Part shown: positions 1 to 10,426 of the stretch, piece after piece
Layout: each line of letters starts with the position of its first letter
Numbering within the stretch: position 1 is the first letter of the stretch
Assembly (NCBI GenBank): GCA_963825865.1
Contig: CAWGVG010000011.1
Span: forward strand, 1-32,000
Length of the DNA: 32,000 bases
Direction: 5' to 3'
From: an uncultured Nitrososphaeraceae archaeon
GTDB taxonomy: Archaea > Thermoproteota > Nitrososphaeria > Nitrososphaerales > Nitrososphaeraceae
Position numbers and translations under genes: made by a program
Notes under the pieces: generated by a model
The model's input: only the letters and a program-made list of their open reading frames with translations
What the model was told of the DNA's origin: nothing
Database searches by the model: none

Positions 1-103
1 TTGTTATACTGGTTATAATAATCTGTATCGGAGAGTCATAGTAATTCCTCCAATAACATAAAAAATAATAATAATAATATATCTATCTTCCAAGTAGTAA
101 AGG

Positions 104-1379
104 TTGCTTGAATACGAAGAAGATGCTATCAATCTTCATAGAATGTTGAAAGGCAAGATCGAAATTCAAAGCAGAATTTCCTTAGAAAATCTCTTTGAAG
201 AAGAAAAAGGAACTCTTGGTTTGATTTATACTCCTGGAGTAGCATATGTTTCAAGAGAAATAAGCGACAATAAAGAATTAGCATACGATTATACATCAAA
301 ATGGAATAATGTTGCTATCGTCTGTGATGGGACAAGAGTGCTTGGTTTGGGAAATGTGGGGCCAGAGGCTCACTTCCTGTTATAGAAGGAAAGGCTGTTT
401 TATTCAAAATATTAGGTGGCATCAATGCTTTTCCACTCTGTATATCCACCCAGAACAAGGAAGAAATAATTCGATTTGTTAAAGAAATTGAACCAGTATT
501 TGGAGCCATAAACATAGAAGACATAGAGTCGCCTAAGGTATTGGAAATAGTAGAAGGGTTGCAAGAGAACTATCTATTCCAATTTTTCATGATGATCAAC
601 ATGGAACTGCTGTTATCACTTTGGCAGCATTGATAAATGCCCTCAGAATAGTAGGCAAGAAAATAGACGCAATAAAGTTGGTAATAGCAGGAGCGGGCTC
701 AGCAGGATACGGTATAGTCAAGATTTTACATGAGGCAGGGTGTCAGGATATTGTTGTGACAGATAGCGAAGGAGTATTGTCAAGGAATTGACAGATTTAA
801 TAACAGCAATGATGGTGTTGAAATCAAGAACCGATACAAAATGGAAATAAAAAAACCAATCCGAGGAAATTAACTGGAAACCTAGAGCATGTAATTGAAG
901 GAGCAGATGTATTTATCGGTGTATCTGGAAAAGCTGGATATTAAATACTCAAATGATACAATCAATGAATCACGATGCAATAGTATTTGCACTGAGCAAC
1001 CCGGACCCTGAAATACTTCCCCCAGATGCATTGCAAGGTAGAGCAAGAATTGTAGCCACGGGTAGATCCGATTTTCCAAATCAAATCAATAATGCTGTAG
1101 TATTTCCATCTGTTCTTAGGGTTTTGCTTGATGTAAGAGCAAAAAGGTTGAGAAGATATGCTCGTATCTGTTGCAAATGCTATTGCATCGATAGTTGAGG
1201 AAACTCATTTGAAAGAAGATTATATAATTCCTAAGGTAAATAATCCTAGAATTCTTCCAATTGTCACACAAACATTGAAAGATGCAATTAAAAGTGGTGC
1301 TAGACAGGACAGTGGGATTAAGCAGCTAGTAACTTTAGTTATTCATATGAAGTTTGTTGATAATGTAACTAGTACCTAA
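104..1379 (+). pseudogene. NAD(P)-dependent malic enzyme (short MaeA/SfcA type) with the reading frame broken at least 5 times
   Basis: ORF-track pieces 104-385, 953-1198 and 1158-1379, joined by my translation of the frames between them, give a continuous malic-enzyme sequence. Segments in order: LIYTPGVAYV..VLGLGNVGPEA; LPVIEGKAVLFKILGGINAFPL; IPIFHDDQHGTAVITLAAL..VIAGAGSAGYGI (GxGxxG); ADVFIGVSGKAG; AIVFALSNPDPEI; NNAVVFPSVL. Frame switches lie near 378, 575, 790, 860-940 and 1150. Confidence 0.75.
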
Positions 1380-1460
1380 TACCGCTAAGCCTGGTCCTGG
1401 AAAGCCCGCAATAAGGGTGGGAGAAGTTAGTCTTTTCTTTCCTTGCACAACTTTTGTCAA
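1335..1460 (-). pseudogene. 41-codon N-terminal fragment resembling PAC2 / proteasome-assembly-chaperone-like (DUF75-type) proteins
   Basis: My minus-strand translation from a TTG start is MTKVVQGKKRLTSPTLIAGFPGPGLAVLGTSYIINKLHMNN*. The LI.GFPG.GL.G motif near the N-terminus is typical of this family, recalled from memory. Full-length members are several times longer. The frame runs into the 3' end of the malic enzyme gene. Confidence 0.3.
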
Positions 1461-1739
1461 TGGTTTAAACCTAGTCTTTCCTTCTTAGGAATACCATCAT
1501 CTATATCAATATGAGTAACAGCAACAGTTTGTTTTGTGTTCTAGTTATGGTTTGTGAACAAAGAACTGGATTAATTAATTAATTGAGGCTGGGGCATAAT
1601 TGCCTGCTTATATTTTTACCAATATCTATTGATGGTTTTGAATAAAGCTTATCTTCAGATGTTTGGTGTTTTGGTGAAATACAGTAAAACAATCCCAAAG
1701 ACTAGCCTCAGGATATGTATCAGAATCTATCCTAATTAG

Positions 1740-2302
1740 CATCTTGTATATGATAAGATTGATCCATGGCCTAAATCACAACATAAGAAGAGAGGCAGAC
1801 CTTATGTTTACTCTCCTACTGTAATACTGAGATGTTTTATAGTCCGAATATGGTTAAGACTGGAATCCAACAGGGCGTTACATGATTACCTTGCAATGGA
1901 TTATCCGTATAATAGGAAGGTGTTAAGGGTTTGTGGATTAACCGAATTACCAGATAGAAGGACATTTGACAGAAGGCTTTCGACAATATCTGTAGACATA
2001 AAAGAAAGGATAAGGTTATGGCGATGTTGTTTGTCAAGGAAAGATTGGTTGATCCTTACATTGTATCTGTAGATAGTCCCGCTTGCTGAAAGCCAAGGGA
2101 CATGTATGGCATAAATCATCTATGATCAAAGGAGTGGTCCCTTCGTTCAGGTATTGACAACATAGATGCCAGATGGGGATTCAGTCATACCAAGAGGTTG
2201 GATATTTGGTTACAGACTACATATGATATCAAGTACCTGGTTCCACTATTCGTACCTTTCACAGATTTTACAACTGCAAATGTTGGCGAAAAGATACCTT
2301 AA
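1740..2302 (+). mobile_element. Degenerate IS4/IS5-superfamily DDE transposase remnant (multiple frameshifts and stops)
   Basis: My translation across broken frames gives four matching stretches. They are: KRGRPYVYSPTVILRCFIVRIWLRLESNRALHDYL..VCGLTELPDRRTFDRRL; IVSVDS..KAKGHVWHK; IDARWGFSHTKRGWIFGYRLH; and LVPLFVPFTDFTTANVGEKIP*. No start-to-stop ORF appears in the track here. I could not identify terminal inverted repeats, so the element boundaries are unknown. Confidence 0.55.
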
Positions 2303-4144
2303 CTTAACACGACCTAGTCAACTATCGTAAAGACTATAAAGCCTATATGGTCACTTTTTACTGTTGCTGGTTACTAATGAATCAGATACTTTTAACAAAG
2401 GCCAAGAACAGATTTGCCAAGGTAATTGAAATCATAGAACAAGAGAAACACAATTATAAATTTAGGACAGGAACCCTAGGTCAGGATACCTTTAGATGTT
2501 CCGTTGACGTTATATTTTGAGTCACTATGGCTGGACAGGTTATAGTTGTTCCTCAACTGACTATGAGAAAGCAGATTACAAACTAAATGAATTAATTTCC
2601 ACAGAAGAACAGCGCATTATTGCAAGCATAAACGACAGTAGCGAAAGTTATGACGTAGTAATAGAAAGACTAGAGAGATCTGGACGAAACCATTCATTAA
2701 ACTCTGACTCGAAATAAATATTCCCCCTGAATGTAATGGCGTCAATACACAATAGAAAACTTATTGCAGCCTTGGCAAAGGAGTTGAAGGCAAAGGATTC
2801 CCAAACAGAAGAACCCAAGGAGGCATATCTATATTCTGTGGTGTCATTACAAGTCTGATTAAGTCTAATAGCTTTTAATCTGTTTATAAGGTCTATTACA
2901 ACGAAGGAACAAAAACAAGTTGATGAGGAACTCTACTACCTACATACAGCAGTATTTCGAGAATCTCTAAAGAGCAGGTTCATTCCAGAAGTCCTTATTA
3001 TAATGTGGAATTAATTTGGAATGATAGTAAGGGTTGGATGGCGCCACCTGAATTTTCTATAGCAATCTACATTTAATACTCTGACAATAAATATTGGGTT
3101 ATTGGCAAACGAAAAATGGTTTAACAAACAACTCGATCCAAATGCCTTCTCTTATCTCTAGAGGAGATTTTTGCAGACTTTGGCCCCCCATACGGAGCCG
3201 CTGATAACAAAATCGTAGCAAATGGCTTTTTCTGGTCTTCATTGGCGATAAATACACTTTTACGAAGTCGTGAATACTCGGACAACCCTACTCAAAAAGA
3301 ATGAGCAATAAAGAAGAAGAAATCACCCAATACAGCTATTTACATAATGAAAGCACTCTGCTGATGTTAGGTTTAATGGTTCTATCATGGGTAAAAGTCA
3401 ATCTTAAGAAAAAGACAGAAAACAGGCACATGCCGTAACCCTACCCATAGAACAACTCAAACTAATAAGACGGAGTGCTGCCCAATTGGAAGCGATTTCC
3501 ACGGAAAGTTATACTCTGATTACATATTAATGTTGGAAGATTTTGTAGAAACTGTAAAGGCCTGTACTCCTACTCCAATAGCGTCATCAAGTCAATAATA
3601 AGTGGTGCAAGCTTAAAGGGTTCTGTATTTCTGTAGTGTCGGAAGCGTATTAATGCTAATTCGCGAGAAAAGTCGCTACACCTTCACTCAAATAAATTTC
3701 TAGAGGCGATCGCGCTCGCTACCTTGCTTAACATATTTGATTATGTAAGCAAGCATTGCTATGTTCTGATGAGTCCATGAACCCTTCTACCAGCAAAGCT
3801 AAATCCCTTCGAGCCCTAGTGAGTCTATTCGTGATGGTTTTGGTTACTTCTCAATGATTAATGATTAAATACAGAATATAGTCAGAGTCATGATAGCAAA
3901 GTTTGCGCGCTAAACAATCGTGATGTTAAACGAGCGCATTTTAGTTTAGCACCTATTGCAGGTCATACACAGGTTCAAGAATTTGTTTTGACAGTATTTG
4001 TTTTGTAGGCGCATTTGATGAGCAGTTGATGAATTATCAAAACAGTCCAAGCTTGCTCATAAATCAATGTAGTGTAGTATGGATATTTCAGATACACATC
4101 TTTCTCAAATTTCTTAATCATTTAATCATATTATTTTTATATTA

Positions 4145-6320
4145 GTGGATATTCTTTTTTTTAGAAACTATACGCAAAACGAAAAGATTAAAATATTTCA
4201 TGGTATTGAAGATGTAATAAATACAGAATTACAATTTTTCTCTAATGCAAATAATAGAATTGATACTTGTATGAATTATACAAGGCCTCAGTTAGCAGTT
4301 GCACTTGACCCAATAAGACATGCATTTGTCCATGCTAAAAATAGAGGTGTAAGGCTAAGGTATCTTACTGAAATTACAACTGAAAATATTTCTTATTGCA
4401 AAGAGCTCCTGTCCACCGTTAGCGAGTTAAGACATTTAGATGGAATAAAAGGGAACTTTATGATAAGTGAATCAGAGTATCTTGCTCCTGCAGTTTTACT
4501 TGAGAAAGGGAAGGTGGCAGCTCAGATCATGTGTAGTAATGTTAAGGAGCTTGTAAAAGAACATGAGTATGTATTTGACACCCTTTGGAGCAAGGCAATT
4601 TCAGCTGAACAGAGAATAAGGGAGATAGAAGAAGGAGTAGAACCCAAAGAAACCAAAGTATTAGAAAATAAAGAGCAAATTTTCAATCATATGAAGTCAG
4701 TTATTGGTAATGCCTCTGAACGATCAGTTTGTTCTTCAATCGGCGCAATGCAATTAGTCTATAACAACTTCTTTGATGAATATAAAAAAATAATAGATAA
4801 ATATAGAAGAGATGGAAAAGGCAAAGGCATAAGATGGATTACTTCTATTATAGACAAAGATAGTATAGATTTAGTTAAAATATTCCTGAATGCAGGAATA
4901 CAGGTAAGACATGTAAAGAGTTTAACACCGATGAATTTTGCAGTTGATAACAAACACTTCTATGCTACTATAGAAAAGATGGAGGAAGGCAAAATGATGG
5001 AAAGTCTTTTGATCAGTAATGAACCTGCTTACGTCAAGCATTATAATTCTATACTCGAAGAATTATGGAAAAATGGGATTGATGCTGCAGATAGGATAAG
5101 AGAGATAGAAGAAGGAGTCGACTTGGCTGATATTGAAGTTATTCCAAGCTCAAAGAGGGCACAGGAAATGTATTTGAATATCGTAAGATTAGCCGCAAAA
5201 GAAATATTATGGATATTTCCAACCACCAATGCTTTTATTCGTCAAGATACGATTGGAGCCATACAATTAGCAAAAGAGGCAGCTAAAGAAAGAAATGTAA
5301 AAGTTAGAATATTGGTGCCTGCAAACAGCTTAATTGAACAAAAAGTACAGCAACTAAAAGAATATGGTCGTGACGGTGTAGTAATAGATGTTAGGTATAT
5401 CGAGCAAATGACGGAGACCAAAGCCACAATTCTAGTAGTTGACAGAAAGGATTCTTTGGTGATGGAATTAAGAGATGACTCAAAAACAACCTTCTTTGAA
5501 GCAATAGGATTGTCAACTTACTCTAATAGCAGGGCAGGTGTCTTATCCTATATTGCAATATTTGAGAACCTTTGGGTACAATCTGATTTGTATGAACAAC
5601 TAAAAACTAATGATAAGATGCAAAAAGAGTTCATTAACGTAGCAGCCCACGAATTAAGAACTCCTGTACAACCTATACTAGGATTATCTGAGGTTCTTCT
5701 TTCTAAAAAAGGAGATATTGAGCAGTACAGGGAATTACTAGATGCTATTATGAGAAATGCAAAAAGATTGCAAAAGCTTACTGAAGATATTTTAGATGTC
5801 ACAAAAATAGAAAGCCAACAATCACTTCATCTGAAAAAGCAAAGAATTAATCTAAATGAAGTAATGCTTGTCGTTATCGCGGAATATGCAAGCCAAATTA
5901 AAAAAGTAAACAATGTAAATCTTAGTTTTAAATCGAAAGATGATGATATCTTTTGTAGAGGCTGATAGATTAAGATTATCCCAAGTTTTTCACAATATTT
6001 TAAGCAACGCAATCAAGTTTACTGCAGAAGGTAATATCACTATTGCCATACAAAGAAATGAAGAGAGTGGTCGTGATCATAATAATAATAATAATAATGA
6101 TCAGGTTATAGTCAGTATTAAAGATACAGGGACAGGAATAGATCCTGAAGTATATCCAAGATTGTTTACAAAGTTTGCTACAAAATCCATTACAGGTACC
6201 GGCTTAGGGTTGTTTATATCCAAAAGTATTATTGAAGCTCATGGTGGAAGAATATGGGCTGAAAATAATGCTGATGGAAATGGATCTACATTTTACTTTA
6301 GCCTACCGTTAATCAAATAG
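4145..6320 (+). CDS. Soluble sensor histidine kinase: three tandem ~150-aa sensor modules, then HisKA and HATPase_c; one frameshift
   Basis: ORFs 4145-5965 and 5940-6320 join into one protein. Kinase motifs present: H-box FINVAAHELRTP, N-box HNILSNAIKFT, G1 IKDTGTGIDPE and G2 GTGLGLFISKSIIEAHGG. The join falls at the T-run 5951-5954; deleting one T gives ..KDDDIFVEADRLRL... No hydrophobic TM segment is visible. The modules end in the repeated IREIEEG motif. Confidence 0.85.
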
Positions 6321-6835
6321 ACATAACACAGATTAACTAAAGTCTAACTTTTTCGTTTTATAAATTCAAATTGTAACGTGGATTTCAATATTATATTATT
6401 TAATTATTTTTCAGATCGTAGAGACGATGAACATAATAAACCATTGCTAAACCAAGTCAACTATGCTCTATTGCACCTACATCTATCAGGCAAACATGAA
6501 GCCAAACCAAGCCACGAAGAACTAAAGAATTGGCTGCATAGTGGTCAAGTAGATGTAATTAGAATGAACAAGTAATAAGCAAACAAACAAAAGGATGATG
6601 ACGTAACTTTTTATTTTTCAATTATATTTTTCTTTTACCTTTTCTTAATTACGCATAGCTACGCGCAATCTGTACATTAAATGAAGAATTAGGAGAAGAC
6701 GTTATTCTTATTGAAAGGGCAGAATACATGTAATAATACATTAGCGCAATATTGTAAGTTCAATAAATGATGTAATTTAAGTCCCTTGTAAGGCCTCTTA
6801 TGTTTGCCATTACTTCTTCTTGATATATTGGCATA

Positions 6836-8740
6836 TTGTATTTATATTTAAGAAAATCACATTCATATATTACGGAAGCCTACACAGAACCCGCAAGAAC
6901 AGATATAATACATGGTATTGATAATGTAGTAAATACTGTATCACAGTTTATCTCCAATACGAAATATAAAATTGATGTCTGTGTAGATTACACACGGCCA
7001 TATTTAGCTATAGAAATTAATCAGTTGAGAGATGCTTTTCTTGATGCAAAAAAAAGAGGTATAAAAATAAGATATCTTACTGAGATTACAAAAGATAACC
7101 TTCGCTATTGCAAGGAACTAATGCCCCTAGTTGATGAACTCCGGCACCTGAACGGTATCAAAGGGAGTTTTTACATAAGCGAACAAGAGTATGCAGCACC
7201 TGCTACATATCATGAAAAAGGAAAGTCTGCAGATATGATGATTCATAGCACAGTTAGGGAAATAGTAGAGCATCAGCAATATGTATTTGATACAATTTGG
7301 AACACATCTACCTCTGCAGAAAGAAAAATAAAAGAAATTGAAAGTGAAGGTGGTGTTAGTTTTGGTATAACAGAAATTATTGACCATCCCTTAAAGACCC
7401 AAGAATTATTTATTAATCTAATAAAATCGGCCAAATTTGAGGTATTGCTAGTTCTACCCACAGTTAATGCATTTATGCGGGAATATAGAATTGGTGCAAT
7501 ACAGATACTCGAAGAACTATCCACAAGTGCTACCCAAAGAGGAACACCATCTAAAGAGAATTTACAAGAACAAGGAGGGAGAAGAGCAGAGATGAATATT
7601 AGGATTTTAACCCCCACTAATGATGATATTGATAAAATAATTAATAATTTGAATTTAACAACAACATCGTCAAGGCTATCAGAAGGAGGAGAAGGGAAGT
7701 TGTCTAACAAAGCAAATAATTCCATTCTTCAAATAAGACATTTAGAATCCTTACCAAAGTATAACGTAACTACAGTAACAATATTGGTAGTCGATAGAAA
7801 AGCATCGTTAGTTATGGAAAAGGTAGATGATTCCAAAGAAACTTTTGTAGAAGCAGTAGGATTATCGACCTATTCTACAAGCGAGCCAACAATAATGTCT
7901 TATGTATCAATATTTGAGAACTTTTGGAATCAGATTGAATTATACGAAGAATTAAAAGAATCAAAGGAAAAACTTGAAGAAACAAATGAACAGTTAAAAG
8001 AACATGAAAAAATGCAAAGAGAGTTTATCAATATTGCAAGCTCATGAACTTAGAACACCGACTACAGGCTATCTTAGGATATGCGGACGATATTACGAGG
8101 CGGAATCCTGAAAGAAGAGACGAAATGATTAATCCCAATCAGAAAGAAATGCTGTTAGACTTCAAAGCCTTACAAATAATATATTGGATGTTTCAAGAAT
8201 CGAGAGCCAAACTTTAAAGCTAAACAAGGAGAAGTTTAACATTAACGAAAAGATAAGAAATGTTGTAGAGGATATAAAGTCAAGAGCAGATGGAATAGAG
8301 ATAGCTTTTGCTGATCCAAAAGTGGATCCTATAGTTGTAGAAGCAGATAAAATTAGAATTTATGAGGTTATTTCAAATCTGTTGACTAATGCCATTAAAT
8401 TTACACGTAAAAGTGATAGTAGATAGTGGCGATGGTATCAGACACTATAACAGTCTTTACAGCCATAAAGTCCAACCAAGCCGATAAGAAAGGTAGTAGT
8501 AGTAATAGTGGTGTTGAAGAGGAGGTTATTATTAGTATAAGAGATAGAGGAACGGGTATTGACCCTAATATACAGGATAAATTGTTTTCCAAATTTGTTA
8601 CTAAATCTGAGACAGGACAGGATTAGGGTTGTATATTTCCAAAGGCATTGTGGAAGCTCATGGTGGAAGAATATGGGCGCAAAATAATACTGATGGTAAA
8701 GGAGCAACATTTTCACTTTAGCCTACCGTTAAGCAAATAA
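6836..8740 (+). pseudogene. Paralogous soluble sensor histidine kinase (two sensor modules) with the kinase core broken by about 6 frame disruptions
   Basis: ORF 6836-8047 is collinear with the upstream kinase (IIHGIDNVVNT..RYLTEITKDNLRYCKEL..ILVVDRKASLVMEKVDDSKETF..FENFWNQ). The kinase core can be read only by hopping frames: REFINIA/AHELRTP/LQAILGYAD../ERNAVRLQSLTNNILDVSRIESQ../NLLTNAIKFT/..[50 protein letters not shown]. Disruptions lie near 8039, 8061, 8135-8145, 8405-8430, 8615 and 8715. Confidence 0.8.
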
Positions 8741-8825
8741 ATGTATTATAGTGAATGAGTCGTAACAAACTCAAAAATGCAACAGTCTTTCGAACATTTA
8801 TAGTTTCAAAAGCAGTTATAATATC

Positions 8826-9282
8826 ATGAAATGGATAACAAGAGAACATGCAAAAGTTGACAGAATTGCCTGTCCTTGGCTTATAAAAAATTTCATTGAT
8901 GAGGATGCAGAATTTCTTTTTGCTGCCTGCACATAAGGTAATTGAAATATCCAAAGAACAAAATGCCATACCTTTTGACATACCAAACATTGAGTTAGGC
9001 CACCATGGAGAAGAGTGTTCTTTTGAAGCCATTTTAAGAAAATATGAATTGGATAAAAAGGATCCTGCACTTCTTGAATTGGCAAAGATTGTAAGGGGAG
9101 CAGACACACCCAATAGGAGTTTAACTCCTTACTCTGAAGGCCTAGCTGCATTGGCTAGTGGTTTTAGCATCATTGCAAAAGACGATTATGATAATATGGA
9201 AAAACAATTCTATGTATATGATGCACTTTATGCATTTTGTAAATCGGATAATAAAGAAAAATTGTTGACCTCTAGACATTAG
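8826..9282 (+). CDS. Chromate-resistance (ChrB C-terminal domain)-like protein, one frameshift
   Basis: The ATG at 8826 gives MKWITREHAKVDRIACPWLIKNFIDEDAEFLF. The sequence then continues in the frame of ORF 8896-9282: LPAHKVIEISKEQNAIPFDIPNIELGHHGEECSFEAILRKY..LAKIVRGADT. This matches my recollection of the Chrome_Resist family. The frame switches near 8918-8925. Confidence 0.65.
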
Positions 9283-9322
9283 TAGCCGTGTTGATAGTGA
9301 GTAGAATATACTACTAACTTAC

Positions 9323-9469
9323 TCACGCAGGTGACTGACGGCCTTCCTGACCGTGATCCATCTTCTTATGTGACTTTAATGTTTCAGCATTGTCAAAAAT
9401 CCTACCGCATACGCTACAGCGATATTCTTTAGAAGAAGAACGCTTGGGATTTGAAGATGCAGCAGCCAT
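9323..9469 (-). CDS. 48-aa C2H2 zinc-finger protein (too short for the ORF track)
   Basis: My minus-strand translation from ATG to TGA is MAAASSNPKRSSSKEYRCSVCGRIFDNAETLKSHKKMDHGQEGRQSPA*. It fits the classical C-x2-C-x12-H-x4-H spacing with the conserved F and L positions. Confidence 0.55.
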   Translation of the reverse strand: MAAASSNPKRSSSKEYRCSVCGRIFDNAETLKSHKKMDHGQEGRQSPA

Positions 9470-9603
9470 TTTTAATCATCTTTAATATGTGCAAGGTGTG
9501 ATTAAGAATTAATCTACCTAAAGCGGCACGCAAAATATTTCAAATAGATAAAAAGGCCTTCTTATTCAAGAATAGATATATTGCATTACAGTAACATATA
9601 GAC

Positions 9604-10113
9604 ATGGCTCAAACGCTTTGCATCAAATGTGGTTCAGAGACCAAAGTATCTTCATATTGTCACCTTTGCAAAGAGCCTTTAATTTTTGCATGCTCTTCTT
9701 GTGATTATATTACTGAAGAAAAAGTTCATAGTGATTGCAGGAATGCGGAAGTGTTAGCCAAAAAAGAGACGAGAGAAGAACCCGCTACTGTTGATACTAC
9801 AACAGCACCACCACATACAACAAGGAGTAATGTTGATAAACCAAAAGAAGAAGAAACGGTTAAAGCAGAGCCAAGTTCTGCACCATCTTATATGACAAGG
9901 GAGCAAGATAATAAAAAATTCAACAATCCATTTATTGTAGGCACAGCAGTTTGGCAAACTTCAATGAAATATTGGCTTGATGCTTATGGAGAATTCCTTA
10001 AAAATGCGCCAAAAATGGCTGAAGATTGGTATGATACATTTTGGAAGCCTTGGCTAAATTGGACACCGCAACAAGAGCGACAACAATACAGAGACAAAGT
10101 GAATATAGAGTGA
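9604..10113 (+). CDS. Hypothetical protein: N-terminal Cys-rich zinc-ribbon region, charged or disordered linker, Trp-rich C-terminal region
   Basis: 169-aa ORF with an ATG start. N-terminus: CIKCGS..CHLCKE..CSSCDY..C. C-terminus: AVWQTSMKYWLDAYGEFL..DWYDTFWKPWLNW. I do not recognise a family. Confidence 0.5.
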   Translation: MAQTLCIKCGSETKVSSYCHLCKEPLIFACSSCDYITEEKVHSDCRNAEVLAKKETREEPATVDTTTAPPHTTRSNVDKPKEEETVKAEPSSAPSYMTREQDNKKFNNPFIVGTAVWQTSMKYWLDAYGEFLKNAPKMAEDWYDTFWKPWLNWTPQQERQQYRDKVNIE

Positions 10114-10234
10114 TAATATAAAAATAAATCTTTGGTAGAATTTCATCTCAATTGGAAACCCCTAATCGCCATAAATATCAACTTCATGCTAATATTGTGA
10201 AGTTTATATAATACTGTCTACAGTATAAATAATA

Positions 10235-10426
10235 TTGACACGATGCGGTAAATGTAATAGTGGAATAAATTCTACATATATAAGAGAAGGGGAAAGAGGA
10301 ATATGGAAGAAAATAGGTTATTACTGTCCTAATTGTGATCTTTACTATGACAGGACATTCATACCATATGCTAAGAGTAAGATGGTTAATACCACTAGAA
10401 AGAGGATGGTCTTAAATGCGAGTTAA
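10235..10426 (+). CDS. Small zinc-ribbon protein (CxxC...CxxC), TTG start
   Basis: 63-aa ORF with CGKC and CPNC pairs. A TATA-like TTTATATAA at about 10204-10212 lies roughly 25 nt upstream. The ORF overlaps the next one by 11 nt, an operon-like arrangement. Confidence 0.35.
   Translation: MTRCGKCNSGINSTYIREGERGIWKKIGYYCPNCDLYYDRTFIPYAKSKMVNTTRKRMVLNAS

Noticed and set aside
2768-2776. The 9-mer AGCCTTGGC is identical to the 3' end of tRNA-Thr (10727-10735), in the same reading frame as the ORF crossing the tRNA. It could be a candidate second att site of an 8 kb integrated element.
   Set aside because: A 9-bp match is near chance expectation for a 32 kb window. The similarity does not extend beyond the 9-mer, and no integrase-like sequence follows it.
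6378-6575. GTG-initiated 65-aa ORF between the two kinases. Similar short ORFs lie at 2517-2717 and 27687-27869.
   Set aside because: No recognisable domain, non-ATG starts, and locations in decayed or intergenic DNA.
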